This document shows, one piece after another, positions 16,379 to 25,018 of a stretch of 52,529 bases of DNA. The notes under the pieces are model-generated. The model did not search any database. It worked only from the letters and a program-made list of their open reading frames with translations, and was not told where the DNA came from. The number at the start of each line of letters is the position of its first letter. The first letter of the stretch is position 1. Position numbers and translations under genes: made by a program. The DNA comes from a virus (lineage: Duplodnaviria > Caudoviricetes): the IMG/VR virus record IMGVR_UViG_3300032342_000011, positions 1 through 52,529 of that record; one strand, written 5' to 3'.

Positions 16379-19306
16379 TTAAACAAATCCTGTTACCAGG
16401 GCGACAACGTCATATTTCCCAGCGGAGTTGAGGTATACGAAGCCGATTTTGTCTAATGCGTTCGGCGTTGAACTAGGAGCATACGCGATTATATCTGTTC
16501 CAAAGCGAGTCTCAGAAGTAAATGCTACAGATCTACCACCGGTTCCATCTTGGGTTAAATCCAGTGCACAGCGTTGTCCGTCGTAAGCGTTTGTGTTCGT
16601 AATCTGGATATTTCCCGTCAATGTAATACGAATCACGTCAGCAACAGACCAATCGAGGCTAACTGTTGGCGAATAAGGAACAACAACAATTCGTGGACGA
16701 TGAGGAGAATTTACCCACTCTGCACCATCATAGGTGAGATAATCGTTGTATGCTGGAGTTGTTATTGTAACGTCAGTCAAATCGTCTAGTGATAGAACAA
16801 CAGGAACACTAATTTGAACCCACTGTGCTAACATTGCAGAATAGAAATATGTTGCACCAAAATGTGGAGAATTGCTATCATTGACAAGTGCTGTTATCCC
16901 ATCGTCAGGTGGGGTTGTACCTGGGATACCGTTGTCAGGATTTCGAGTCCAATTACCTCCAACGTTGACTGCTCCACCATTGTATTCAATTAGATCATCA
17001 TCAACAAAGCCCATTCCGATCAATGTTGCACCAGCTGTTCCAAATGTACCAGCAATAACGTATCTGTCACCTACAACAAGTGGTCCTTGTTCAACAATGA
17101 ACCAATCGCCAATATATGGTGAAGTTCCAGTAATCGTAAAGATTGCAACGTCACCATCATCAACAGCTATTGATGTACCAGTCTGTACCCACGTTTCGCC
17201 TTGAACACCTCCATACTTGATGTATGTTAGAGTGTCCCCGATGTTTCCTGCTGCTATTACTGGTTGTGTACTGCGGATATCATTTAAGTTTGGATCACGA
17301 ATTGGATCTACGTATGTAATTCCTGCAGTCGCTGCAGCAACTGCAGCGTCGACATATTGTTTTGTTACTGCACCTAAAGCGGCAACGGGATCTGCATTAA
17401 GAATCAAGAATCCGGTCATTGTATCACCACCGACGTTTACATAAGTAGCGTCAACGAGTGATGTAATATCAAGTGCAACAACAGATGTTGTAGCTGATAC
17501 TCTTCCTTTTGAATCTGTTGTGATCTTAACAAATGAGTTTGTTACTGGTGATCCAAAATCTGCAAGATCTATACTGGTATTTCCTAATACACCACTACCG
17601 TTAAGAACTGTGATATTATTTGGTGTACCTGTGATTGTTCTTGTAACAGCTGTTCCAGAACCAGTACGGACAATGTAACCTGTTGTTCCAAGCGTTGCAA
17701 GTGCTGTTAAATCAGGATCAAATGGTTGATATGTACTAGTTGCAAATGCAAGAGTTACTGGACTAAGAGCTGATATTGGAGGGCCGTTGAGAATCAAAGG
17801 ACCTGTCATTGTACCACCAGATTTTGCTAACTTATTTGTTTCAAGTTGTTGAATCTGTAGTTGTACAGTTGTTGCTGTTAAGCTACCAAATGGTGGAACA
17901 ATAATTTCAAGACCACCATGATTGTGCGGTAATGGATTACGTGCATCTGTTAGTCTTGGATCGTTATCACCAACAGCAATAGGATTACCGGAAGTAACTG
18001 GTGGTAACGAAAGTTTTACAGTACCATATAGAGAAGATGTTGCAAGAACGACTTCGCCTTCAGCTCCTTGAGGACCAGCAACACCAGGACCGCCCATACC
18101 TTGCATGAAGATAATTTGGTTCTTATTAATCGTACGTGCAATTGGTGGTGCTTTTGGACGTGTTGGTGTTGTAATATTAGGATCGGTGGCGGTTAGAGCA
18201 CCACCAGTATCAACCCATAGGGTAACGTTACCACCTGACCAGTTCCATGCGGGATTTGTAACAACACCTTGCAAAATAACAGTTCCAACTTGACCAAATA
18301 GTGTTGTGTCTGTTAGCATACCAAGAATTTTGACATTTGTATCTTCGTATGCAGCTGGAATTAGTTGTGTTGGTGGATTGTTTGAAATTGTAACAACAGA
18401 GTATGCACCGATATTAACCGATGCTGTTCCAAAGATAAACGATTCTTCAAGTTTAATTGGTTGTAATTGTCCAGATCCGATAATAAATGGTGTTTCTGTT
18501 GTGTAGAATTCGCCTGTTAGTTTCTTAACTGCAGCACCAGTTTGATCGTAGAAAATTGGTCCAGAAAGAATTTCTTGGTTGAGGTTTGCTTGAGAACCAG
18601 GACCATAGTCAATTAATGATCCTAGAATAAATGGAGCAGGAGTGTGTGCTAAGTAACCACTAAATGCTGTTGGGTTTGGAATATTCTGGCTAACAGTGAT
18701 TTCTGTTCTGTTTAAAGATGAGTTGAAGGTATATGCTACAATTGTATACACACCATCGTTTCCAGCAGTTTGTGTGATTGTAATTGGATCATTAACAACA
18801 AATTCGCCAGTAACATTATTAGGAACAAAAAATCGTTTATTTGGTTGACTACCACCAATAAGGGGATATGTATTTGTTATCTGTGTGTTCTGCAATCTTC
18901 CTGCAAAACACCGAACCTTCTTTAGCCATGTTGTACCGTTCCAAACATACATTTGTCTGTCAACAGTTGAAAAGAAGTGTTGATCGATAGCTGGCGAGCT
19001 TAGAAGTACTGATCCAAATCGTGGTTCAAGTGTCGTTGTTCCATAACCCTTGTGACCTGTAATAGGATGAATATCCCAATATAACCAATATGTTTCTGTT
19101 GATAGAAATGGTCCAGGAAATGCTAGAATTACAGCATTGTCTGTTTCACGAAGAAGATACTCACTGTCCCCTTGCGAAAATGTAACTAATAGGGAACCAT
19201 TTTGAGTGTTTATGAAGATATCGTTACCAGATAAATTAAGAAAATCTGGCTCGTTGCTTATATTTACAGGTGTTGTAACAATACCTTGGCGAAATGAAAG
19301 TCTCAT
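16379..19306 (-). CDS. Multidomain tail fibre-like structural protein
   Basis: Two GG(T/D)MTG.LIL fibre repeats, AVTKQYVD, LDDLTDV and a C-terminal TQDGTGGR domain. Late promoter at 19329-19335. Confidence 0.75.
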   Translation of the reverse strand: MRLSFRQGIVTTPVNISNEPDFLNLSGNDIFINTQNGSLLVTFSQGDSEYLLRETDNAVILAFPGPFLSTETYWLYWDIHPITGHKGYGTTTLEPRFGSVLLSSPAIDQHFFSTVDRQMYVWNGTTWLKKVRCFAGRLQNTQITNTYPLIGGSQPNKRFFVPNNVTGEFVVNDPITITQTAGNDGVYTIVAYTFNSSLNRTEITVSQNIPNPTAFSGYLAHTPAPFILGSLIDYGPGSQANLNQEILSGPIFYDQTGAAVKKLTGEFYTTETPFIIGSGQLQPIKLEESFIFGTASVNIGAYSVVTISNNPPTQLIPAAYEDTNVKILGMLTDTTLFGQVGTVILQGVVTNPAWNWSGGNVTLWVDTGGALTATDPNITTPTRPKAPPIARTINKNQIIFMQGMGGPGVAGPQGAEGEVVLATSSLYGTVKLSLPPVTSGNPIAVGDNDPRLTDARNPLPHNHGGLEIIVPPFGSLTATTVQLQIQQLETNKLAKSGGTMTGPLILNGPPISALSPVTLAFATSTYQPFDPDLTALATLGTTGYIVRTGSGTAVTRTITGTPNNITVLNGSGVLGNTSIDLADFGSPVTNSFVKITTDSKGRVSATTSVVALDITSLVDATYVNVGGDTMTGFLILNADPVAALGAVTKQYVDAAVAAATAGITYVDPIRDPNLNDIRSTQPVIAAGNIGDTLTYIKYGGVQGETWVQTGTSIAVDDGDVAIFTITGTSPYIGDWFIVEQGPLVVGDRYVIAGTFGTAGATLIGMGFVDDDLIEYNGGAVNVGGNWTRNPDNGIPGTTPPDDGITALVNDSNSPHFGATYFYSAMLAQWVQISVPVVLSLDDLTDVTITTPAYNDYLTYDGAEWVNSPHRPRIVVVPYSPTVSLDWSVADVIRITLTGNIQITNTNAYDGQRCALDLTQDGTGGRSVAFTSETRFGTDIIAYAPSSTPNALDKIGFVYLNSAGKYDVVALVTGFV

Positions 19307-19347
19307 TGTTTATTCCTTATTGACAGAGTATTTATCTAACCTTTTAA

Positions 19348-19758
19348 TTACCAAGGTAACGTACCTTGCCATCCTGTTGTAATATCATAATCAATAAGTT
19401 CTTGTACAGTTGTTAAATTGTCAATTAAGGTTTTATGATGAAACGAATTCAGGTAATTAGTTGAAATGAAACTAAAGAGAGTTGCTCCCATATTGAGAAC
19501 ATCCACAGCAGTCATTGGAATATCTTGATTATCAGCTGAGCGCCAAGTAAAATTAGCAGGAAAGTCAGATCCTCTTTGAAGTAAAAGAAGTGCCATCGTT
19601 GATGTCCCGGAAATGTTTGACCGAGAAACTTCATCTGATTGATATACGTTGCCACCAAATGCAAATACGTTATTATTGTAGGCATTTAGAAGTAGAAACA
19701 CTGAGTTTTTATTGTAGTCCTTAAGTTCATCTACGGTCATTTCAATACCTGGATCCAT
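19348..19758 (-). CDS. Tail fibre assembly chaperone-like (DUF4376-type)
   Basis: YQSDEVSRSNI..., WRSADN..IPMT, K.LID.LTT.QEL and a terminal W. Located among fibre genes. Confidence 0.75.
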   Translation of the reverse strand: MDPGIEMTVDELKDYNKNSVFLLLNAYNNNVFAFGGNVYQSDEVSRSNISGTSTMALLLLQRGSDFPANFTWRSADNQDIPMTAVDVLNMGATLFSFISTNYLNSFHHKTLIDNLTTVQELIDYDITTGWQGTLPW

Positions 19759-19782
19759 ATTCTCTTTCCTATGTTGTTTTAA

Positions 19783-19828
19783 ATGAAAGAAGGAAAAGAA
19801 GACCGAAGATTTCGTCGCCTTCTTTCAT
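19783..19828. promoter_or_regulatory. Intergenic stem-loop
   Basis: ATGAAAGAAGG (19783-19793) pairs perfectly with CCTTCTTTCAT (19818-19828) and encloses a small CGAA/TTCG hairpin. Confidence 0.55.
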
Positions 19829-19830
19829 GA

Positions 19831-20049
19831 TTAAAGCGGAGCGGTTGTTATTGTAAAATGGCTAGATAACTTATTTTGTTCAATAAATTCATCTACTCCA
19901 TCTTTTGGTGGAGCCATACCACTCGTTGCATAGAAAAGTTGAAAAATTCTAGCAGCATCTATACTTCTTATTCGAGCTTTAGGAGTAAATTTATACGTTG
20001 TTCGAGTTGTGGCGTCTTGAAAGACCAAGATAAGGTCAAGGTTTAACAT
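19831..20049 (-). CDS. Hypothetical protein
   Basis: AAGGAG RBS, in operon. Confidence 0.7.
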   Translation of the reverse strand: MLNLDLILVFQDATTRTTYKFTPKARIRSIDAARIFQLFYATSGMAPPKDGVDEFIEQNKLSSHFTITTAPL

Positions 20050-20058
20050 TTTATCTCC

Positions 20059-20319
20059 TTAAATACCAAGTATGAAAAGTGTGTCGTTTTGTCCAACAGG
20101 ATAACCACTATCCGATAGAAGTTGTTTAGCCGCAGCAATTAAATTAAGTTTTATTTGTGATTGTGGTTGATCGAAAGGTTGATTAATACCAATTGTAGTG
20201 TTAAAACTAAAATTTGCTTCCGTAGAAACCTCGGCAAAAATACCTAGTGTAGTAGGTGTAATTCCATTTGGATCGCCTTGAGCAAATACAGAAACAACAT
20301 GAACAGATGCATTAGCCAT
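20059..20319 (-). CDS. Hypothetical protein
   Basis: A GGAGG RBS precedes ATG 20319 (MANASV). Confidence 0.7.
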   Translation of the reverse strand: MANASVHVVSVFAQGDPNGITPTTLGIFAEVSTEANFSFNTTIGINQPFDQPQSQIKLNLIAAAKQLLSDSGYPVGQNDTLFILGI

Positions 20320-20371
20320 AGTATGAACCTCCAAATAATCTATATATGAAAAATGAGAACAAAAATAACCT

Positions 20372-23300
20372 TTATGTATACCTATTTCCGAGAACTTCTG
20401 TTATACAGGAGAAGTAATCAAAGTCTAAGTTTCTTGCCGCAGTCGTTGCAGTTTGAACAATTCCACCAATGTTGACTGCAGTTGTCGGTAGGTTTGTTGC
20501 AATTGTCCCCCTTGACACATCATTGACAAAGAACTCCCAGTTTGTTGTCGTGTTCCTAACTGCACGAAGTACATACCAGTTATTTGCTGTGACCGCAACA
20601 CCAGTGCTTAATGCAGTTGACGATGTGCTTGCTGAACGAGTATAACATCTCCAGTTAGCACTGGCTGCAGAACTGAATTCAAACCAGACTCCGTTGGTTC
20701 CATATGTAGCAGCAGCACCGTCAGATGCATCTTGGCAGAGTCCAACTTTGCAAATCACTGTTGTAATCGTTGGGATACGCACGATCCATGTAAATTCAGC
20801 AATTTGGTTAGCCATGGTCGATGAGGTTGTAGCCGCTGCACCCATCATATGAATTGCTGAGTTGTTACCTGAAGTCGCACCAGTAACAGCACGGTAAATT
20901 CCTGGATGGTCTGCCTCAGAAGCCTGAACGCTGTTTGTTGCAGCCGCACTTTGAGTCATCCACCACGACAATTCTCCTGGTTCCTTCGAAGTAGATGCGA
21001 CTGTAATACCTGATAACATGAAGTCATCTTCAAGGTGGTGAACGAATCTTGAATTCATTGCGGCAGTTGGACGCCACTGGTTTGCAGCAAGGGTATTACC
21101 TACTGAATACAATACCTTCTCGGTGTTATCAAAGTATAGTGGAACTCTACCAGTAAATGCTACAGGTGTACCTGTAGGCTTACCTGCCCCTGCGCAGATA
21201 TAAAGGAAGCCATCAGTTGCACTGGTTGCTAGAGCAGCATTACCAAGAACTGTCGATCCTAATGGGATTATGGTTAGGGCATCAAGAGCCCTTGCTTGGA
21301 CACGAAGTGGGTTAGCAGTAGATGCGGCAATTGTTGAGACATCAAGTAAGTGCTGAGCAGCGACACCGTTGATTGCGGCTGTATTCTCGGTAAATTTGAA
21401 TGCCGATTTAGCCGCTGTTGTTAAAGCCCAGTTCCAAGTCTGAGCATTATCTCCGTTGTTGATTGAGTTTGAACCACCAGCGGCTGTGATAGTAGATAAT
21501 GTGACAGATGCGGTTGCTGCTGCCCATTTAACGCCTGCTGCTTGTGCTGAATCTGCGGTCAGGACGTGTGTATCGGTGCCAACTGCCAACCGTATAACAC
21601 TTGTTCCGTTATCAACTAACAAATCGCCTTTGGTTGTCGTTGGAGACAACGCATCCATACCTGCAGTTTGTGTTACTTGTCCAGTTCCACCACCAGCTAT
21701 AGCAACAGTGCCAAAAGCTAGTGCTGTGCCTGCGGAATTAACAACAAGTGCTTGATTTGCCGTGCCTTGAATATCAGCACGATCTGCGGTTGCATTACCA
21801 GTTACGCCATAGACCGAACGTGCTGAACCTTGTACAATATTAGCAGAATCTAGTCTAGAGGTTCCAACAGTAGCAGATTGTGAAAGATCAATAGAACTGA
21901 ATGTTAGTGCTGTACCAGCACCATTTACAACAAGAACTTGGTTTGCTGTGCCTTGGATTGATGCAACATCAGCAGTCGCGTTACCAGTTACACCAAGAAC
22001 AGACCTTGCAGAACCTTGTGCAAGAGCACTAAATGGTAGATCGCCAGTAGTGGCTGCGGCAGCAGCGAGATTTAAAGCACCAAATGTTAGTGCTGTTCCT
22101 GCTGAATTAACAACTAAGGTTTGATCTGCTGTGCCTTGGATTGATGCAACATCAGCAGTTGCATTTCCTGTAACACCAAGGACTGAACGCGCAGAGCCTT
22201 GAGTCAAATTAGCGAATGGAAGGTCACCAGTGACTCCATTTGATAGATCAATTTGCGCCCAAACGGGATTATTGCTTCCGCCCGTGTTTGACAGATAACG
22301 AGTAGCATTGGTATCTTTTGCTAGTTTTGATAGTGTATTTGCCGCAGATGCGTACAGTATATCACCTTGTGCATATGTAGATTGATTTGTACCACCATTA
22401 CCTTCAGCTAATGTACCAGATACATGTGTGGTTAGCCCTATTTTGCCCCATAAAGGAGCAACACCAACACCACCTGAAATAAGAGCATTGCCCGTCGCAA
22501 CACCCGCAAGTTTTGCCAGCGTAGTTGTGGTGTTTGCATACAGTATATCACCCACTGCATAAACTGTTTGTCCAGTTCCTCCGAACGTTGCACCAATTGC
22601 TGTTGCATTCCATGTCCCGCTTGTAACTGTTCCAAGTGTAGTGATTGATGCTTGTCCAACATAAGTTGCAGCAATATCAATAGTTGGATTGGCAGCAACG
22701 CCATCGCCATTTGATAACGTTATTCTATCTGTTGTTCCTGTAATTGTACGAGCAGTTGTTGTATTTGCTGCTGTTCTAACGACAACTCCGTTTGCGCCAG
22801 GATCGACTAATCCGTTTGCATAAAACGATTTCCATGCACCATTATAAACATCGAACCTATCATTGGTTGTATCGTATACAATAGGTGTTCGTCCAGTAAA
22901 TGATGTTGGGACGCCAGACGGAACACCAGCAGTTGAAGTTATATACAAGAATCCATCTGTTGCACTTGTAGCAAGTGCTGCATTGCCGAGAACGAACGAT
23001 CCTAGCGCAGTAAATTGCCCTTGTTGTGATGCTCCAATATTAAATGTAGTTGTGCCATTACTACCACTTCCGGTTGGTGTGCCGCTAGTAATTGTAACAT
23101 TTCCACCAGATCGGTTTGTTCCAACACCGTTTGCAGCCGTAAGAGATACTGATCCTCCTGCTCCGTCTGCTGATGTGCCTCCAGATACTACCGCACTTCC
23201 TCCTGCGCCGCTGGTACTCGTCCCCCCTCTCAATGTTGCCAAGCCACCTGAACCGGAAGTAGTCGTCGCACCACCTTGTACAATAACACCACCAGCTTGA

Positions 23301-25018
23301 CCTCCCGATGCATTTGAACTACCCGTGATTGTCACAGCACCAACAGTTCCTCCACCGGCAGGGACAGCACCAGCAGTTATTGTAACACTTCCTGCGACTC
23401 CTCCTGGCGCAGTTCCTGCACCAGCGGTTATTGTAACATTTCCACCTGTTCGACTAGTTCCAACTCCTGCTTCAGCAGCAATCGTAACTCCTCCACCACC
23501 CCCGTCAACCGGGATTCCTCCGCGAACAGCAGCAACTGCACCACCCCCAGATACTGTTCCTCCTGGACCTCCACGTAAGGTAACAGTGCCACCTGTACCC
23601 GTTGTACCACCTGTACCGCCAGTTAAATTTATTTGTCCACCAGTTCCTGACGTACCTGAGGTTCCGCCAGTTATTGATACGTTTGCACCTACTGTTGCTG
23701 CCGTTGAAGAGTTGCCACCGCGAACTGTAATTGATGAACCGGTACCAGCATCGGCACCTTGTAAAGTAACTACTCCTATATTAGTTACTGCTAAGATATC
23801 ATTACCTTGGGCACGAATACGAATTGGATTTGCTGTTGAAGAAGCAATAGTGCTAATATCTACCAAGAATTGAGAACCAGCCCCATTTGTTGCGGCGGAG
23901 GATTCGCTAAACGTGAATGCAGTTTTTGCGACAGTTGTTAATGCCCAATTCCAAGTCTGATCATTATCGCCGTTGTTAATCGAATTTGAACCAGTTGCTG
24001 CAATGATATTGTTAAGTAGTAAGCCGGTTGCATTACCAGTTCCACCGTTTGCTAGAGGTAGTATTCCTGTAACATCTGTAGTTAAATCAACTTGTGAAAA
24101 GGAAATTGTAGTACCATTAGTTCTCAAAACCCTATTCGCTACAGTGCCAGAAGTCCATCCAGGAAGACCAGCATTACTTGTTACAAGAGCAGAAGTGTTT
24201 GCGGTTGTGATTGACGAAAGAGTATCTGTTGCTGTTGTGTAAAGCAGCGTATTAGTTCCACCGAAAGTAGCTACACCAGTACCGCCCCGACTTACTGCTA
24301 ATTGTCCTGTCCAACCAAGAGTTAGAGATGCTGCTCTTAAAAGTGCTGTAGATGGAGTACCACCTAACGTTAACGTAACGTTTGTATCATCCACTTTTGT
24401 AAGTGCCGAACCTGTAATTTCTGTACCAGATATTGTGCTCCATGCAGGGATAGTTCCGTTGCTTCTTAGATATGTTGCAGATGTACCTATTGCCAAAGCA
24501 GAAAGTGTATTTGCAGCAGAGGCATATAAAGTATCACCAGTAATATATGATGTTAAACCAGTTCCTCCGAACGTTGCACCAATTGCTGTTGCATTCCATG
24601 TCCCACTCGTAATTGTTCCTAATGTAGTGATCGATGTCTGTCCAACATAAGTTGCAGCAATATCAACGGTTGGGTCGCCCGAAACGCCGCTTCCATTTGA
24701 CAAGGTGATTCTGTTTGTAGTACCAGTAATGGTTCTAGTGGTATAGGTTGCAGTTCCTGTTCGAGTAACCAATCCAGTTGTAGATAATCCAGAAATGCCG
24801 TTAGTTTCAGCATTACCCGAAGTTTGCCATGCAACAGAGCCACTGTTGTAAAACTCTAGGGAATTGGTAGTTGTATTGTAACGAATGTCACCAGCAGCAG
24901 GTGAGCCGGGTTCTTCTGCCGTTGTACCAGCCGGTATACGCAGTGATCCAGTGCTAACAATTGTTAACACTGTTGACGCTGTTGGCGTTATGTATTCAGT
25001 ACTAAAATCAAAATCCAT
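20372..25018 (-). CDS. Long tail fibre-like protein with an internal duplication, Gly-rich repeats and a C-terminal lectin-like domain
   Basis: Gly/Thr/Ala-rich with GGTG motifs and tandem ~60-aa repeats. Start revised to ATG 25018 (TAATG overlap, GGAGG RBS). Confidence 0.8.
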   Translation of the reverse strand: MDFDFSTEYITPTASTVLTIVSTGSLRIPAGTTAEEPGSPAAGDIRYNTTTNSLEFYNSGSVAWQTSGNAETNGISGLSTTGLVTRTGTATYTTRTITGTTNRITLSNGSGVSGDPTVDIAATYVGQTSITTLGTITSGTWNATAIGATFGGTGLTSYITGDTLYASAANTLSALAIGTSATYLRSNGTIPAWSTISGTEITGSALTKVDDTNVTLTLGGTPSTALLRAASLTLGWTGQLAVSRGGTGVATFGGTNTLLYTTATDTLSSITTANTSALVTSNAGLPGWTSGTVANRVLRTNGTTISFSQVDLTTDVTGILPLANGGTGNATGLLLNNIIAATGSNSINNGDNDQTWNWALTTVAKTAFTFSESSAATNGAGSQFLVDISTIASSTANPIRIRAQGNDILAVTNIGVVTLQGADAGTGSSITVRGGNSSTAATVGANVSITGGTSGTSGTGGQINLTGGTGGTTGTGGTVTLRGGPGGTVSGGGAVAAVRGGIPVDGGGGGVTIAAEAGVGTSRTGGNVTITAGAGTAPGGVAGSVTITAGAVPAGGGTVGAVTITGSSNASGGQAGGVIVQGGATTTSGSGGLATLRGGTSTSGAGGSAVVSGGTSADGAGGSVSLTAANGVGTNRSGGNVTITSGTPTGSGSNGTTTFNIGASQQGQFTALGSFVLGNAALATSATDGFLYITSTAGVPSGVPTSFTGRTPIVYDTTNDRFDVYNGAWKSFYANGLVDPGANGVVVRTAANTTTARTITGTTDRITLSNGDGVAANPTIDIAATYVGQASITTLGTVTSGTWNATAIGATFGGTGQTVYAVGDILYANTTTTLAKLAGVATGNALISGGVGVAPLWGKIGLTTHVSGTLAEGNGGTNQSTYAQGDILYASAANTLSKLAKDTNATRYLSNTGGSNNPVWAQIDLSNGVTGDLPFANLTQGSARSVLGVTGNATADVASIQGTADQTLVVNSAGTALTFGALNLAAAAATTGDLPFSALAQGSARSVLGVTGNATADVASIQGTANQVLVVNGAGTALTFSSIDLSQSATVGTSRLDSANIVQGSARSVYGVTGNATADRADIQGTANQALVVNSAGTALAFGTVAIAGGGTGQVTQTAGMDALSPTTTKGDLLVDNGTSVIRLAVGTDTHVLTADSAQAAGVKWAAATASVTLSTITAAGGSNSINNGDNAQTWNWALTTAAKSAFKFTENTAAINGVAAQHLLDVSTIAASTANPLRVQARALDALTIIPLGSTVLGNAALATSATDGFLYICAGAGKPTGTPVAFTGRVPLYFDNTEKVLYSVGNTLAANQWRPTAAMNSRFVHHLEDDFMLSGITVASTSKEPGELSWWMTQSAAATNSVQASEADHPGIYRAVTGATSGNNSAIHMMGAAATTSSTMANQIAEFTWIVRIPTITTVICKVGLCQDASDGAAATYGTNGVWFEFSSAASANWRCYTRSASTSSTALSTGVAVTANNWYVLRAVRNTTTNWEFFVNDVSRGTIATNLPTTAVNIGGIVQTATTAARNLDFDYFSCITEVLGNRYT
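21700..22230 (-). repeat. Three tandem ~60-aa coding repeats (QGSARSVxGVTGNATADxAxIQGTA); approximate bounds
   Basis: Visible in the translation. A fourth copy is in the next gene (~25835-26025). Confidence 0.85.
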
